Assembly: GCF_001194135.2 (NCBI RefSeq)
Contig: NC_068991.1
Span: 65,502,894 to 65,566,893, forward strand
Origin: Octopus bimaculoides
Lineage: Eukaryota
Reading direction: 5' to 3'
Length of the DNA: 64,000 nt
Below the pieces are notes generated by a model that saw only the letters and a list, made by a program, of their open reading frames with translations, was not told the DNA's origin and did no database searches. The position numbers and the translations under genes are program-made. Shown in pieces: positions 12,071 to 25,945 of this stretch. Position 1 is the stretch's first letter; every line of letters begins with the position of its first letter.

Positions 12071-13151
12071 GTCTTTTACTGTTTTGCTTGTAAACATGTG
12101 AATTCTAAACAAAATGCTGGAAGTGAAGGTAAACATTCAAGAGTAATGCACCAGAAATGAGAGAGGAAGTGACAGCAGGTAACAAAATGGGGGAATTCAA
12201 ACTGTCTTTTTCGAATGGGCAGCGAACAAGAACAGACATGTGGACAGAATCTGTGTGTATTGTATATTCTGGCCAAGAGATCAGATTAGCGAGTGTCTCA
12301 GAGCTTTGAGTAGTTTCCTTTTCAGAGCCATTTGTGAGCTCAAGGTAAGAACCCTACTTACAATCATCAAACTACAATCCTTGAACTCGAGACCTATTTC
12401 GAATTCTTGCAGCAGAGTAAATTCCTTTAAAGGCACCAATATGGTTTAGCATCACCGTCAGGACCTTCATCTTTTTCCTTTTCATTTTATCTAGTTTCAG
12501 CTCTTGAGCTGTGGCCATGCTGGGGCACCGCCATTGAAAAACAGGTTGCTCTAAAGTAGAGAGCAATGCCCATATGTGTTAGAAAGATCGATTGATCTCT
12601 TCTATCCTTGTCGAGGGGAGTGCTAACCGTCTCTCCTTTTTTGCAACACCTTGTTAACCTTGTTAACTTTTGAATGGTAAAAGGAATTCTAGCAACTGTC
12701 TGGTGATGATTCCATTATACACTGTTTATAGTATAATGTCACTGTGTAAATAATATTGAAAGAAATTTATTCACAGCAAATGTGATCAATAATAGGACAG
12801 GTATATAATTACATTCTTTTACATATCATAAAAGTATCACATCGACACACATGCACACAAACACATGTGCAAACACCTGCATAAACACATATATAAACAT
12901 GTACACATGCATGTTTACATGCACTAACACCTGGTCTTTCCCTACTTGTCTCTGAAGTATCTGATATTCAAGCACCTTGCACAGCAATCTGCAGCTATCT
13001 GTTTCTTAAATCTTTTGTCTGAGAATTTTCTCTTAATCCGATTAATGTTGCTATGGAAGTAAAATCAGATAAAAACAGGCTTTGAATATTTTAAATTTTG
13101 TCAAAAAGTGAAGAAGCTATTTTGTCATGTGTTGAATTAACAATCATTGAT

Positions 13152-13195
13152 ACAGAGAGAAAGAGAGATAGTGAGAGAGAGAGAGAGAGATAGTG

Positions 13196-13226
<31 letters not shown>

Positions 13227-13257
13227 TATATAGTGAGAGAGAGAGAGAGAGTTAGAG

Positions 13258-13289
<32 letters not shown>

Positions 13290-13403
13290 TGAGAGTGAGA
13301 GAGAGAGAGAGGGAGAGAGAGATAGTGAGAGAGAGAGATAGTGAGAGATAGAGATAGTGAGAGATAGTGAGAGAGAGATAGTGAGAGATAGTGAGAGAGA
13401 GAG

Positions 13404-13450
<47 letters not shown>
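13152..13450. repeat. (AG)n microsatellite punctuated by GATAGT
   Basis: Directly visible. Confidence 0.95.
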
Positions 13451-13452
<2 letters not shown>

Positions 13453-14651
13453 TGATTCTTCCAAGAATACAAACAATCTAAATATATATTATTATCTCAG
13501 TAACAAGGAATCGTTCTCTTTCTCTCTCCCTCATTCTCATGCAACCATTCTTGAATATTAGTGTAGGTTTAAAGCTTCTATGAATTCAGATATTTGCACC
13601 AATTTAACTCTTGGCCATTGTATCTCTTTTGGAGAAAATCTGCGACACAAGTCGAAGTACTGAACTGAAGAATTTTACAATATGTTTGTTTGTTGTTTGA
13701 AATCTGGCTGAGACAGGATGGAATAAAATAAAAACCAATAGCTGCTGTTGTTCCAAGTCAGCCCTGATTGTACAGACCTATGATCAAAGGTGTTCCAACC
13801 ATGACCACCCCATTAGCAACCCTGATAAGCACTGGGGTAGATCTGTTCGACTATGCCCTTCAATACAGTACCCCAGTATGGCTGAAGTCCTATAAGAGAA
13901 ACAAGTAAAAAAAAAAAAGATAAATTAAAACCTATTTTGTATCACCACAAATATGTAAATCTCTGCCTTGTTTTTATATTACTCCAACAGGGGTGGGTGC
14001 GTGATGTCCACATGTTATTAACAGGTGAAAAAGCTCTAAAATGCCCCTGTTCAACTATTTCTCAGAGCTTCACAACTGTTGGAACACAAATATGAATTGG
14101 CAGCTTATGAGACTCAAAGTATGAAGGGTGTACAAATTCTTTCAGGTTTAATGTTGGCATTACAATTTCTAAGCATCAGATTCAAACAAGACCGTGACTT
14201 TTTGTCTCGTGTAGCTTGCAGAAAAAAGCTACATGGTGTTTTGAATGAATCTCCAGGTACTATGGATGAACCTCTAGGCATTTTCAATGAACCTCTAAAT
14301 GCTTTGGATGACCCATTAACAACACAACCAGTTTAACCTCACTACTGACCTTCAGTTCAAGTATATCTACAATCTACTTCATTACTATCTTTCCATTTCT
14401 TTGTTCTTTGGGTGGTTTGCATAACCATGCTTCATTAAGGTCAGGACCAATAAACAATGGCTCAACAATGAACATTTATATAACAAATAACTGTTAATAT
14501 GTAACAGAAGTTTTTTTCACAATAACTTCAGCTGCTGCAGATTAAAGGGGTGCTTCAACCCAACAACTTGATATCCTTCCAGTCTTGTTGACTGCCAACT
14601 ACTGACTGTCCAGCCAACACATCTTGTTAAATATACTACATATCTGGAAGA

Positions 14652-15270
14652 TATGAGGATGTAGCTGAGTTTACGTATTTAGGTAGTAAGATAACGTTCT
14701 CAGGCGGCACCGACGAAGATATTAAGACGAGAATAAGTAAGGCAAGGACCGCTTTCCACCTGTTAAAAAAAGTATGGAGCGCAAGTGTAATTTCAATAAA
14801 AACAAAATAAGAATTTTTAACACTAACATAAAAGTGGTGTTATTGTATGGGGCTGAGACATGGCGAACAACAGTTAAGTGAAATAAGCAAATACAATCAT
14901 TCATCAACAGGTGCTTGCGTAGTATACTTAAAATCAGATGGTCCAAACACATAAGCAATATGGAGCTATGGCAAAGAATGAATCAAGTTTCGATTACGGA
15001 GCAAATATTTAAGAAAAAGTGGAAGTGGATTGGTAGCACAATTAGAAAGGACACACCAAATGTAGTGAAAAGTGCTTTACTGTGGAATCTGGATGGATAT
15101 AGAAAGAGGGGTAGGCCTAAGAACTCGTGGCGTAGATCAACACAAAAGGAACTAGAGAAAGGGGGACATTCATGGCAGAGTATAAGTACAGAAGCGAGAA
15201 ATTATGCGACATGGAATTCAATTATAAGTGGTCAATACTCCGCGTTGGAGGGTTAAAGGCAAGAAAGAAG
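14652..15270 (+). mobile_element. 5'-truncated RTE-clade LINE insertion with 10-bp TSD
   Basis: EFTYLGSKI...DIKTRISKARTAF...LLYGAETW...ILKIRW...KWKWIG...GYRKRGRPKNSWRRS...LEG*. ATCTGGAAGA at 14642-14651 and at 15271-15280. One frameshift and an in-frame stop. Confidence 0.92.
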
Positions 15271-16132
15271 ATCTGGAAGAGGAATTTATTCATTGTCTAA
15301 CAGTTTCAAATTTGTTTATAACATCTTCACAGAACATGTGGTGTTCCCTGGTGGCCAGTTAGTGTGAGGGAGATAATCATTTTTACTTGATATTTGACAT
15401 GATTAGAAGGTTGAAATTTATATTGCGGAAGAAGGAAAAAGATGCATAGAATATACATATTTAATTTTTCTGCTTACATATTATAATGATATAAAAATTT
15501 CAAGTAATACGTAATCCTTTGTAGTGCTGTTTCATTCTTATAAGAAATCATTAACATAACATAACCCAAGGTACATAAATTAAAATAAATTAAGCATTTT
15601 ACAAAGCAAAACATTTTTTATTGATGGAAAATAATTACAGACATTCATGGAATGTGATTTTTTTGCTTTTTTTCTTCATAGAGCATTAATAGTTTAGCAA
15701 TGGAAAAAAAATCAAAAAACAAGAAAGTGATAGTCCTAATATAATGCTGATAAACTGTGTCATGAACTGACCAGTCTGGTGGCCATGAATTTATATGATG
15801 TCAAGTTGCCAACTGTTGGATGAGTGAGCTTGACCTTCGATGAAAACGAACCAAAAGCTGTCAGACAAGCACAGTATGAAGACTAGGCTGTAATGCCTTG
15901 ATATATGAGTTAATTAGTTCCCAGCAACTGCTTGTAAAGTGAAAACTCGTAAAGCAGAGCAATAATTTCCCATAGTAGCAATGTTATAAATCATAATTCA
16001 TTCACAGAAAAATATTTTACTTATAAAATTTTTACTACTCATAAATAAATGGCAATAAAACAACAGTAGAATGTGAACAATATTTTATGTAAAAAAGAAT
16101 ATCAAGATCATTTATAACAAAAAAAATATCAT

Positions 16133-16503
16133 TATTACTTCTGCCTTAGCGAAGGTGGAGGTGTTGCTGTAAGTCATGTTTGTTTGTCTGTTTGTTCGTG
16201 GACAAGATATCTCAAAAACTGCTGGATGGATTTGGATGAAACTGTCTGGGCTGTTTAGCCTCGTGACTGGCATGAACTGATTAGATTTTGGGATTGATCC
16301 AGTACTGGACAAGGATTCTGTATTATTTTTCTGGTGTTTTTACTTAACTTTTGAGAGCTGTCAGGTTCATTTTTAGTATTCTCGTCTGTGAGAGCAATCG
16401 AGTTTATTTCAAGTATTCTCATTTTAAAAATCATCTCCTGCTAATCGTTGAGAGGACGTTGGTGTTACCTTGGCAGAGGTTTGCGCTCTCTGAGTGCTCT
16501 TGT
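16133..16503 (+). mobile_element. Non-autonomous Helentron-type element (HINE/DINE-1-like architecture)
   Basis: 5' CTTCTGCCTTAGCGAAGGTGGAGG palindrome, (GTTT/GTCT) microsatellite, GATATCTCAAAAACT, 3' sub-terminal CCTTGGCAGAGG complementary to the 5' end, and 3' hairpin GCGCTC-TCT-GAGTGC. Confidence 0.6.
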
Positions 16504-17655
16504 CATAATTGTTTTCTGAATCACTTTCACTTGCAGTAGACTCACGAATACCATCACTTGTAGACAGTATTGAATACCATCACTTTACTTCTGCACTGCT
16601 CCTTAGTGGGTAGGGAATGATGTAATGGAATCGAGTGCACCCCATAGCGCAGAAGAAACCTCCTCAGATCACATGTCCATTTATACATATATTTATGTAT
16701 ATATATAGATGTGCATGTGTGCGTGTGTGTGTGTATACATATATATATATTGTTTGAGCCTTGAAGAGTAAGTTGTTAAGTCCTAAGTCAACCTTGATTA
16801 AGCAGACCTTTGATCAAGAAAATTCAAAGTAAGACTATCTCATAATATTTCATTTTGTTTGTTGTAGTGCAGGAAAACCATAATTTTTTGGCTATTGTTT
16901 TCTGTGAGCTGAAGATATAACAGCAATTTCTAGCAGGCCAGATGACCACATAGAGGCTTTCTCACTGACTCATTAGGTAACTAATGGAGAAAAAATTAGG
17001 TGAAGCTTAGTTGCTGAGATTATAAGATAACATTTGTTAAGAGGGTTATACTAGGATTAACTGGAAGTTACATCCCTCAATATAATAAAGTAAACGTATA
17101 TATTTATATTTTATTGTCATGTCTGGGGAAGGTATTAGCTATAAGGCTTGGGTGCCATGAATGAAGTGGAGGTACTGGAATATAGATTAATAAAAGTAGC
17201 AAAAGAATGACCACCAGTTTAGGAAACTCTAGAGTTCCAAACCAGCTGCAAAAGCTAATAAAAAAAATACGAAAAATATGAAATAAAAAGATAAAACTGG
17301 AACATAGTCATGTATTTAATGAAGCACATGTAAAAGAAAAGCTGTTCTTTCATGTTTGAGGTCTGACAATTGACTTGGTAGACACCCACTAGATTATCCA
17401 CCATCTTTCCTACAAAAACCTTGGGCACCTTTTTGAATTTCGTATGCCTAACACTTGTGGGTATACTTACAAAATCAGTCAAAAACAATGCAGTACTCAT
17501 GACTTCCAGAAACATTTTTTCACACTTAGAATTTCTGAAGCAAGTAATAATCTACCCTCATCAGTAGTTAGCTGATAGGACACAGTATCCTTCAGAACGT
17601 CTATGCTTTCTAAAATTTGCCAGCAGTACACTTGATGTTCCTCTACATTTTTTTC

Positions 17656-18081
17656 AAAGACTTCTCTTTTCCTGTGCATTAAGAGACTCTTCTCTTCCTG
17701 TGCATTAAGAGACTCTTCTCTTCCTGTGCATTAAGAGACTCTTCTCTTCCTGTGCATTAAGAGACTCTTCTCCTCCTGTGCATTATNNNNNNNNNNNNNN
17801 NNNNNNNNNNNNNNNNNNNNNNNNNNNNNNNNNNNNNNNNNNNNNNNNNNNNNNNNNNNNNNNNNNNNNNNNNNNNNNNNNNNNNNNNNNNNNNNNNNNN
17901 NNNNNNNNNNNNNNNNNNNNNNNNNNNNNNNNNNNNNNNNNNNNTGCATTAAGAGACTCTTCTCCTCCTGTGCATTAAGAGACTCTTCTCTTCCTGTGCA
18001 TTAAGAGACTCTTCTCTTCCTGTGCATTAAGAGACTCTTCTCTTCCTGTGCATTAAGAGACTCTTCTCCTCCTGTGCATTA
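17656..18081. repeat. 26-bp minisatellite (AAGAGACTCTTCTCTTCCTGTGCATT)n spanning a gap
   Basis: Near-identical head-to-tail units on both sides of the N gap at 17787-17944. No spacers. Confidence 0.95.
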
Positions 18082-18742
18082 TTCTCTGTACTGTCCATGC
18101 ACGTTTTGTCCCTTTTTTTGATGAGTTATAGTACACCCTATGTCTGGCAACAGGACTCTGCACCATGCTGCATATGCAGGAGAACCCAGTCATGGTTGTT
18201 AGGGTGCTTTAAAGTGGGACTGAACCCAAAAACATGTGGTTGGGAAGCAAGCATCTTAGCCACACTAGGCCCTGCCTAGTGGATGCCTGTACCTATACAC
18301 AAACACACACACACACAAACACACATATATGCATGTATGTATGTGTGTATAAATATAAATATATATATATATATATATANNNNNNNNNNNNNNNNNNNNN
18401 NNNNNNNNNNNNNNNNNNNNNNNNNNNNNNNNNNNNNNNNNNNNNNNNNNNNNNNNNNNNNNNNNNNNNNNNNNNNNNNNNNNNNNNNNNNNNNNNNNNN
18501 NNNNNNNNNNNNNNNNNNNNNNNNNNNNNNNNNNNNNNNNNNNNNNNNTATACATGTGTGTGTGTGTTTGTAAATGTATTGACGATGATGGTTGCAATTA
18601 TGACGATTCAGATAATTATATAGAATTAAAGCAGAAAATAAATGATAAAGAAAGTAAAAGTAAAAAGCTTTTGAATAAAACAAAAATCAATACAGGAAGA
18701 GAGGGAAAGAGGGAGAGGGAGAGAGAGAGAAAGGGAGAGAGA

Positions 18743-18790
<48 letters not shown>

Positions 18791-19420
18791 TGTAAGAACT
18801 GTAGGAGAATGAAATGTAAAATGAAAGGCAGAAACAGTGTCAAGCAAATATAAACCTTTATAAACAAACAGTTTAGTGTATTGTTAGAAAGCTCCAGTGA
18901 AGTGAAGTGAAAAAAAAGAATGCTTCAACATTCACCATGCTTAGCATCAAATAGATACCTGCTGATGTATTTGTAAACGAAGTGAGGCAATTATACACAG
19001 GATCAAGTTACTGTTTGCATTTTGACTCACTTAAATCACATTAAGTCAGGTTACAACAGAACGAGAGAGAGAGAAAGAGAGAGAGAGAGGGAGAGAAAGA
19101 GATTGAGAGAGAGAGAGGGAGAGAGAGATTGAGAGAGTCTCCAGGTGTAAGCAACAAACTCAGGTGTTACCTGCTCTTATAACCTTCAGAAAGAAGGTAA
19201 ATGTTTCTTTACTTGTTGGATGCATTATCTGAAGACTTTTATTAAATAAATATTCTTTCTTATGTATAACAGCAGTTACTATAGGATGCTCACACCTGAT
19301 GCTTCACAGTGGCTGTAGGGTTAAGAGACTGACTCACTAGCAACAAAAGCACAAGTTCAAAATATGTTAAAGATCCACCTGGTCTTTGAGTACCTTTAGT
19401 AAAACCCACTCTGCTGCAAA

Positions 19421-19914
19421 GTGGAGGCACGTGGCTTAGTGGTTAGGGTGTTGGACTCCTGCTCATAAGACTGTGGTTTCGAATCCTGGACCGGACGATG
19501 CATTGTGGAAGAGGTACATTAGTTGATGGAAAATGTCTCTATGTGGCAGTTTGATTTGCTAGAAATAGCAGGCAAATCTCCTTAAAATCACACTCCATTT
19601 CACGTTGCTCCAATCATCTCAGCTGGCAAAAATGAGTAATCCTGTGATGAACTAGCGTCCCATCCAGGGAGAATATATACGCCATGGAAACTGTGAAACC
19701 AACCCTATGAGTCTATATAACAAGCCTCCCCTCTCCACACCACTGATGTTATCCAAGGGAAAAGCAAAGGCTGATACAGTTTAGCACCAGTGATGTCGCA
19801 ACTCATTTCTACAGCTGAGTGACCGGGAGCGACATGAAATATAGTGTCTTGCTCAAGAACACAACATACAGCCTGGTCCGGGAATTGAACTAACTACCTC
19901 TAACCACTAAATCA

Positions 19915-19920
<6 letters not shown>
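19421..19920. mobile_element. tRNA-derived SINE family E pieces (plus-strand head, minus-strand body)
   Basis: TGGCTTAGTGGTTAGG A-box and GGTTTCGAATCC B-box. Reverse copy of GTGTTCTTGAGCAAGACAC at about 19845-19865. Confidence 0.65.
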
Positions 19921-19946
<26 letters not shown>

Positions 19947-20662
19947 CAAAAATAAGAGGAATGACCAGCAAAAGTGGACTCCTATATGCTAGAAATAGAT
20001 GCCGAATATGTTCTCAGTAAAAATTTCAGCGACACAACAGACTGTAAAAGGGCAAGACAAATGACAGTTCTAAACTGACTGAAAATTAATATTTCCTTGG
20101 GTCACTTTCCATTTCTAAATGACCCTTCTCTAGTTTTTTTTTTTTTTTCAATATGCTAGTCCACTGGTTTTAATTGATTAATATCAATTTCTACCCTTAT
20201 TATTAAATATATATATATATATATATATATGTACAAAGGTAAAGATGGTAAACTTCAGTGACAATGCCTTTTTACAGGTCAAATATGTTCCGAACATATT
20301 TGAGCTGACCTAGAAGTTTGGTTATTTTGCACAGCTGTTTAGCATGCTCTCATATGTTTCATTCCAGCCTGGCACCCAAAGCATGCTATAGGTAGATAAA
20401 TTTTACTGATTCCTTATAAGGAAATATTAATTTTCAATCAGTTTAGAGCTGTCCTGAAGAGAGCATAAAAAGCTTTGAAATGCATACCTTATGAAGGGAC
20501 TTTTGTGGTTCTAACATTATTTGCTTAAAGTGGGAAACTGTCTCCATTGCAAACCACAGTGACAATACCTTTTTACAGATCAAATTTTTGAACAGATCTA
20601 AAAGCTTGTTTATTTTGCACCACCACTTTGTGCATAACTCATATATAGTAATAATAATAATG

Positions 20663-20717
<55 letters not shown>

Positions 20718-20963
20718 ACTACTGGGTACTGCACACATTCTACGCAAAACACTTTCAATACAGTAAACATAAGAGCACCACAGCAAACCACAGCACATAC
20801 CCAAGGCGCACAGAGCTGCGCTCGGTAGTGAAGTGAAAGCACGTTATAAAAATAAAACTACTGAATAATAATAATAATAATAATAATAAAATATAGATGA
20901 TGGATGATGGACTATCCCATCGGTTTCAACATATGAGGCTCTGACAACATACTGTTACCTTTG

Positions 20964-21125
20964 TCAGTCATAATGCTTATGTCGAATGTGACATTTAAGT
21001 CCCGCCAATGATTTGCAAAGAAGGCCACAGATGCTGCAAGTATGAGGATGACAGGTCAGTGCAGGTGGTATATTTGCAGCCGCTTTTCTCCTTTGCCCTG
21101 CACCCCAAAGTCTGTTAATGCTGGT
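20964..21125 (-). mobile_element. RTE-type LINE extreme 3' fragment (C-terminal Cys/His finger)
   Basis: QRRKAAANI...HTCSICGLLCKSLAGLKCHIRHKH* resembles the CxxC...GLxSHxRxH terminus of RTE ORFs. Confidence 0.55.
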
Positions 21126-21405
21126 TGCAAAAAGTTTGTATATATATTTATATATATATGTATGTATATTTGTAAATAGTAAGGGATTACGCCAAACGTT
21201 TGCTCTCAGTTTGGTATTCAAAATAGGTTATTCAACAGTTGATATATAAATCCAGTAATATTCTCATAAGATAAGAATTTAGAGATATACTCTGTTGGAT
21301 AATTCTGAATATATTACCTTAACCATACAGGTTTCCTGGAGCATGTAATATCAACAATAACAATAATAAAGATTATTACGAAGTGGCATATCATACTTTT
21401 ACTTC

Positions 21406-21455
<50 letters not shown>

Positions 21456-21479
21456 CGCGCACACACATGCACACATATT

Positions 21480-21617
21480 GGAGTTAGGAAGAGCATCCAA
21501 CTGTAGAAACCATGTCAAATCAGACTGGAAACTGGTGCAGCTCTCCAGCTTACCAGTTTCAGTCAAACCATCTAACCCATGCCAGCATGGAGAGCAGATG
21601 TTAAATGATAATGATGG

Positions 21618-21687
<70 letters not shown>

Positions 21688-22880
21688 NNNNNNNNNNNNN
21701 NNNNNNNNNNNNNNNNNNNNNNNNNNNNNNNNNNNNNNNNNNNNNNNNNNNNNNNNNNNNNNNNNNNNNNNNNNNNNNNNNNNNNNNNNNNNNNNNNNNN
21801 NNNNNNNNNNNNNNNNNNNNNNNNNNNNNNNNNNNNNNNNNNNNNNNNNNNNNNNNNNNNNNNNNNNNNNNNNNNNNNNNNNNNNNNNNNNNNNNNNNNN
21901 NNNNNNNNNNNNNNNNNNNNNNNNNNNNNNNNNNNNNNNNNNNNNNNNNNNNNNNNNNNNNNNNNNNNNNNNNNNNNNNNNNNNNNNNNNNNNNNNNNNN
22001 NNNNNNNNNNNNNNNNNNNNNNNNNNNNNNNNNNNNNNNNNNNNNNNNNNNNNNNNNNNNNNNNNNNNNNNNNNNNNNNNNNNNNNNNNNNNNNNNNNNN
22101 NNNNNNNNNNNNNNNNNNNNNNNNNNNNNNNNNNNNNNNNNNNNNNNNNNNNNNNNNNNNNNNNNNNNNNNNNNNNNNNNNNNNNNNNNNNNNNNNNNNN
22201 NNNNNNNNNNNNNNNNNNNNNNNNNNNNNNNNNNNNNNNNNNNNNNNNNNNNNNNNNNNNNNNNNNNNNNNNNNNNNNNNNNNNNNNNNNNNNNNNNNNN
22301 NNNNNNNNNNNNNNNNNNNNNNNNNNNNNNNNNNNNNNNNNNNNNNNNNNNNNNNNNNNNNNNNNNNNNNNNNNNNNNNNNNNNNNNNNNNNNNNNNNNN
22401 NNNNNNNNNNNNNNNNNNNNNNNNNNNNNNNNNNNNNNNNNNNNNNNNNNNNNNNNNNNNNNNNNNNNNNNNNNNNNNNNNNNNNNNNNNNNNNNNNNNN
22501 NNNNNNNNNNNNNNGTGGCACGTAAATAGCACCATTTGAGTGTGATCGTTACCAGCGATGCCTTACTGGCACTTGTGCCGGTGGCATGTGAAAAAACATT
22601 TGAGCGAGGTCGTTGCCAGTGCTGCTGAACTGGCTCCTGTGCAGGTGGCATGTAAATTACACCATTTTGAGCATGGCCATTGCCAATACCGCCTGACTGG
22701 GCTTCGTGCCGGTGGCACGTAAAAGCACCCACTACACTCTCAGAGTGGTTGGTGTTAGGAAGGGCATCTAGCTGTAGAAACTCTGCCAAATCAGATTGAA
22801 GCCTGGTGCAGCCATCTGGTTCACCAGTCCTCAGTCAAATTGTCCAACCTATGCTAGCATGGAAGGTGATGATGATGATA
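21480..22880 (+). mobile_element. Two family C copies separated by an (AT)n-flanked gap
   Basis: Tails ...AGCATGGAGAGCAGATGTTAAATGATAATGATG (about 21600) and ...GCTAGCATGGAAGGTGATGATG (about 22860). Internal about 60-bp subrepeats at 22516-22730. Confidence 0.8.
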
Positions 22881-22915
22881 TATGTATATATATTTATATA
22901 TGTGTGTGTATATCA

Positions 22916-23757
22916 TCATCATCATCATCATCATCATCATCGTTTAACGTCCGCTTGCCATCCTAGCATGAGTTGGATGATTTGACTGAGGACTGGTGAT
23001 ACCAGATGGCTACACCAGGCTCCAATCTGATTTGGCAGAGTTTCTACAGCTGGATGCCCTTCCTAACGCCAGCTATTCCGAGAGTGTAGTGCGTGCTTTT
23101 ATGTGCCACCGGCACGAATGCAATAAACACTGTAAACAAACAGGAAACAACTTCTGTCTCATTCCAGGGAGAAAAACTAGAGGTAGTTGATAGCTTCTGC
23201 TATCTGGGTTTACCAAGTTAGNNNNNNNNNNNNNNNNNNNNNNNNNNNNNNNNNNNNNNNNNNNNNNNNNNNNNNNNNNNNNNNNNNNNNNNNNNNNNNN
23301 NNNNNNNNNNNNNNNNNNNNNNNNNNNNNNNNNNNNNNNNNNNNNNNNNNNNNNNNNNNNNNNNNNNNNNNNNNNNNNNNNNNNNNNNNNNNNNNNNNNN
23401 NNNNNNNNNNNNNNNNNNNNNNNNNNNNNNNNNNNNNNNNNNNNNNNNNNNNNNNNNNNNNNNNNNNNNNNNNNNNNNNNNNNNNNNNNNNGAAGCTATC
23501 AACTACCTCTAGTTTTTCTCCCTGGAATGAGACAGAAGTTGTTTCCTGTTTGTTTACAGTGTTTATTGCATTCGTGCCGGTGGCACATAAAAGCACGCAC
23601 TACACTCTCGGAATAGCTGGCGTTAGGAAGGGCATCCAGCTGTAGAAACTCTGCCAAATCAGATTGGAGCCTGGCGTAGCCATCCGGTTTCACCAGTCCT
23701 CAGTCAAATCATCCATCCCATGCTAGCATGGAAAGCGGATGTTAAACAATGATGATG
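22916..23757. repeat. Inverted duplication around a gap: family C tail joined to an RTE RT fragment on both arms
   Basis: 22935-23200 is the reverse complement of 23492-23750. The inner part reads AINTVNKQETTSVSFQGEKLEVVDSFCYLG (RTE YLG motif). Confidence 0.85.
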
Positions 23758-23829
23758 ATGATATATATATATATACACACTCACACACACATATATAGAT
23801 ACATATATATACATATATATGTATGTGTG

Positions 23830-23892
<63 letters not shown>

Positions 23893-25479
23893 CTATATGT
23901 ATGTATATATATAGGTGTGTGTGTGTATATATACATACCATGCACACATATATACACATATACATACATACACATACATATACTTACATGCATACACACA
24001 TATACATATATACATATATCTATGCATGTATTTTATATACACACACCCACACACACACAAACACATATATTTATATATGTATATGTACATAAATATATAT
24101 ATATATATATATATATANNNNNNNNNNNNNNNNNNNNNNNNNNNNNNNNNNNNNNNNNNNNNNNNNNNNNNNNNNNNNNNNNNNNNNNNNNNNNNNNNNN
24201 NNNNNNNNNNNNNNNNNNNNNNNNNNNNNNNNNNNNNNNNNNNNNNNNNNNNNNNNNNNNNNNNNNNNNNNNNNNNNNNNNNNNNNNNNNNNNNNNNNNN
24301 NNNNNNNNNNNNNNNNNNNNNNNNNNNNNNNNNNNNNNNNNNNNNNNNNNNNNNNNNNNNNNNNNNNNNNNNNNNNNNNNNNNNNNNNNNNNNNNNNNNN
24401 NNNNNNNNNNNNNNNNNNNNNNNNNNNNNNNNNNNNNNNNNNNNNNNNNNNNNNNNNNNNNNNNNNNNNNNNNNNNNNNNNNNNNNNNNNNNNNNNNNNN
24501 NNNNNNNNNNNNNNNNNNNNNNNNNNNNNNNNNNNNNNNNNNNNNATATATATATATATATCAATATATTATAAATTAACTACCAACAAAAATAATTGGT
24601 AAGCTAACTCAAAAAATAATCACCGAAATAGCATATATATGTATGTATGTATATATATATATATATATACACACTAAAGAAGCATATATGACACTGTTCA
24701 CCAATAACATAATGTCAGAACTGAATATTGCTTGCCCAGCTGACTAACCTCGGTATGTGCTGCGTTGTGATGCTACAAAATGATTTGTCTGACGTAAACA
24801 TTCTTGGCAACTAAAGTTAGCGGCTTAATAAACGCTGGCACAACAGATATTTATAGAAAAAGGAAATAAAGGAGTTTTTGCCGCATCATAAATGGAAGTG
24901 TGTAATAAAGAAATAATTGATAACTATAAAGATACTTGTCTCTCATGGCTCTCCACTCAAGCCTATTTTAGAAACAACACTCAACGATGTTCTGTAAATA
25001 TTTTCCATCTGAATGGCTTCCAGGCCAGATTTAGAAATTATTATAAAAGGAATTTTAGTCAAACAAAAAAGCTAAGCTCAGGAGGCCTTTTTTTTTTGTT
25101 TTTTAATTCTTCCTCTCTTTCTTTCTTTTTTCTTTTTTTTTTAAAAATTTTATCTGCCTCAGTTGATGAAATATAAATATTTTGATCAAATATAGCTTTG
25201 GTGTTAACAGGTAGTTTATTGTTGATATCCATTGGATAAATATAGCATTATGAAAACAGGTAGCTTTGTGTTACTATCCATTGTATAAATAAGGTAACCT
25301 TAGTATAACAAGTTGTGCCCATAGAGCAAATATGATAATTCTAGTATGATATATATATACATACATATATATATACATATATATACATATATATAAATGT
25401 GTGTATGTGTGTGTACATAAATACATACATGTATGTGCGTATATATATATATATATATATATACATACATGTATGTGTG

Positions 25480-25703
25480 TATTCTTTTACATGTTTTGGT
25501 CATTTGACTGCAGCCATGCTGGAGCACTGCCTTAAAGGGTTTCAGTCAAAGAAATTGATCTCAGGACTTATTCTTTGTAAGCCTAGTACTTGTTCCATTG
25601 TTCCCTTTTGCTGAGCCGCTAAGTTACGGGGATATAAACACACCACCATCGGTTGTCAAGCAATGGCGGGGGGACAAACACAGACACAAAGACACACACA
25701 CAC

Positions 25704-25785
<82 letters not shown>

Positions 25786-25945
25786 ATATACGATGGGCTT
25801 CTTTCAGTTTCCATCAACCAAATCCACTCACAAGGCTTTGGTCAGTCCAAAACTATAGAAGAGACTTGCCCAAGGTGCCACACAATGAGTCTGAACCCAG
25901 AACCATGTGGTTGGGAAGTAAGCTTCTTACCACACAGCCACACTG
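25480..25945 (-). mobile_element. SINE family A, full length
   Basis: Reverse complement of the 5998-6517 architecture. Confidence 0.9.

Noticed and set aside
14079-14336. 85-aa ORF preceded by a possible acceptor
   Set aside because: No ATG start, no recognisable homology, and weak donors; cannot be supported.
17471-17534. 64-nt minus-strand exon candidate ending at GTAAGT (…LFLTDF)
   Set aside because: Only a superficial likeness to the CAMKMT LLTDG motif; the motif would be broken and flanking residues do not match.
17656-18081. CRISPR-like reading of the 26-bp repeat
   Set aside because: Units are contiguous with no unique spacers, there are no cas genes, and the context is eukaryotic.
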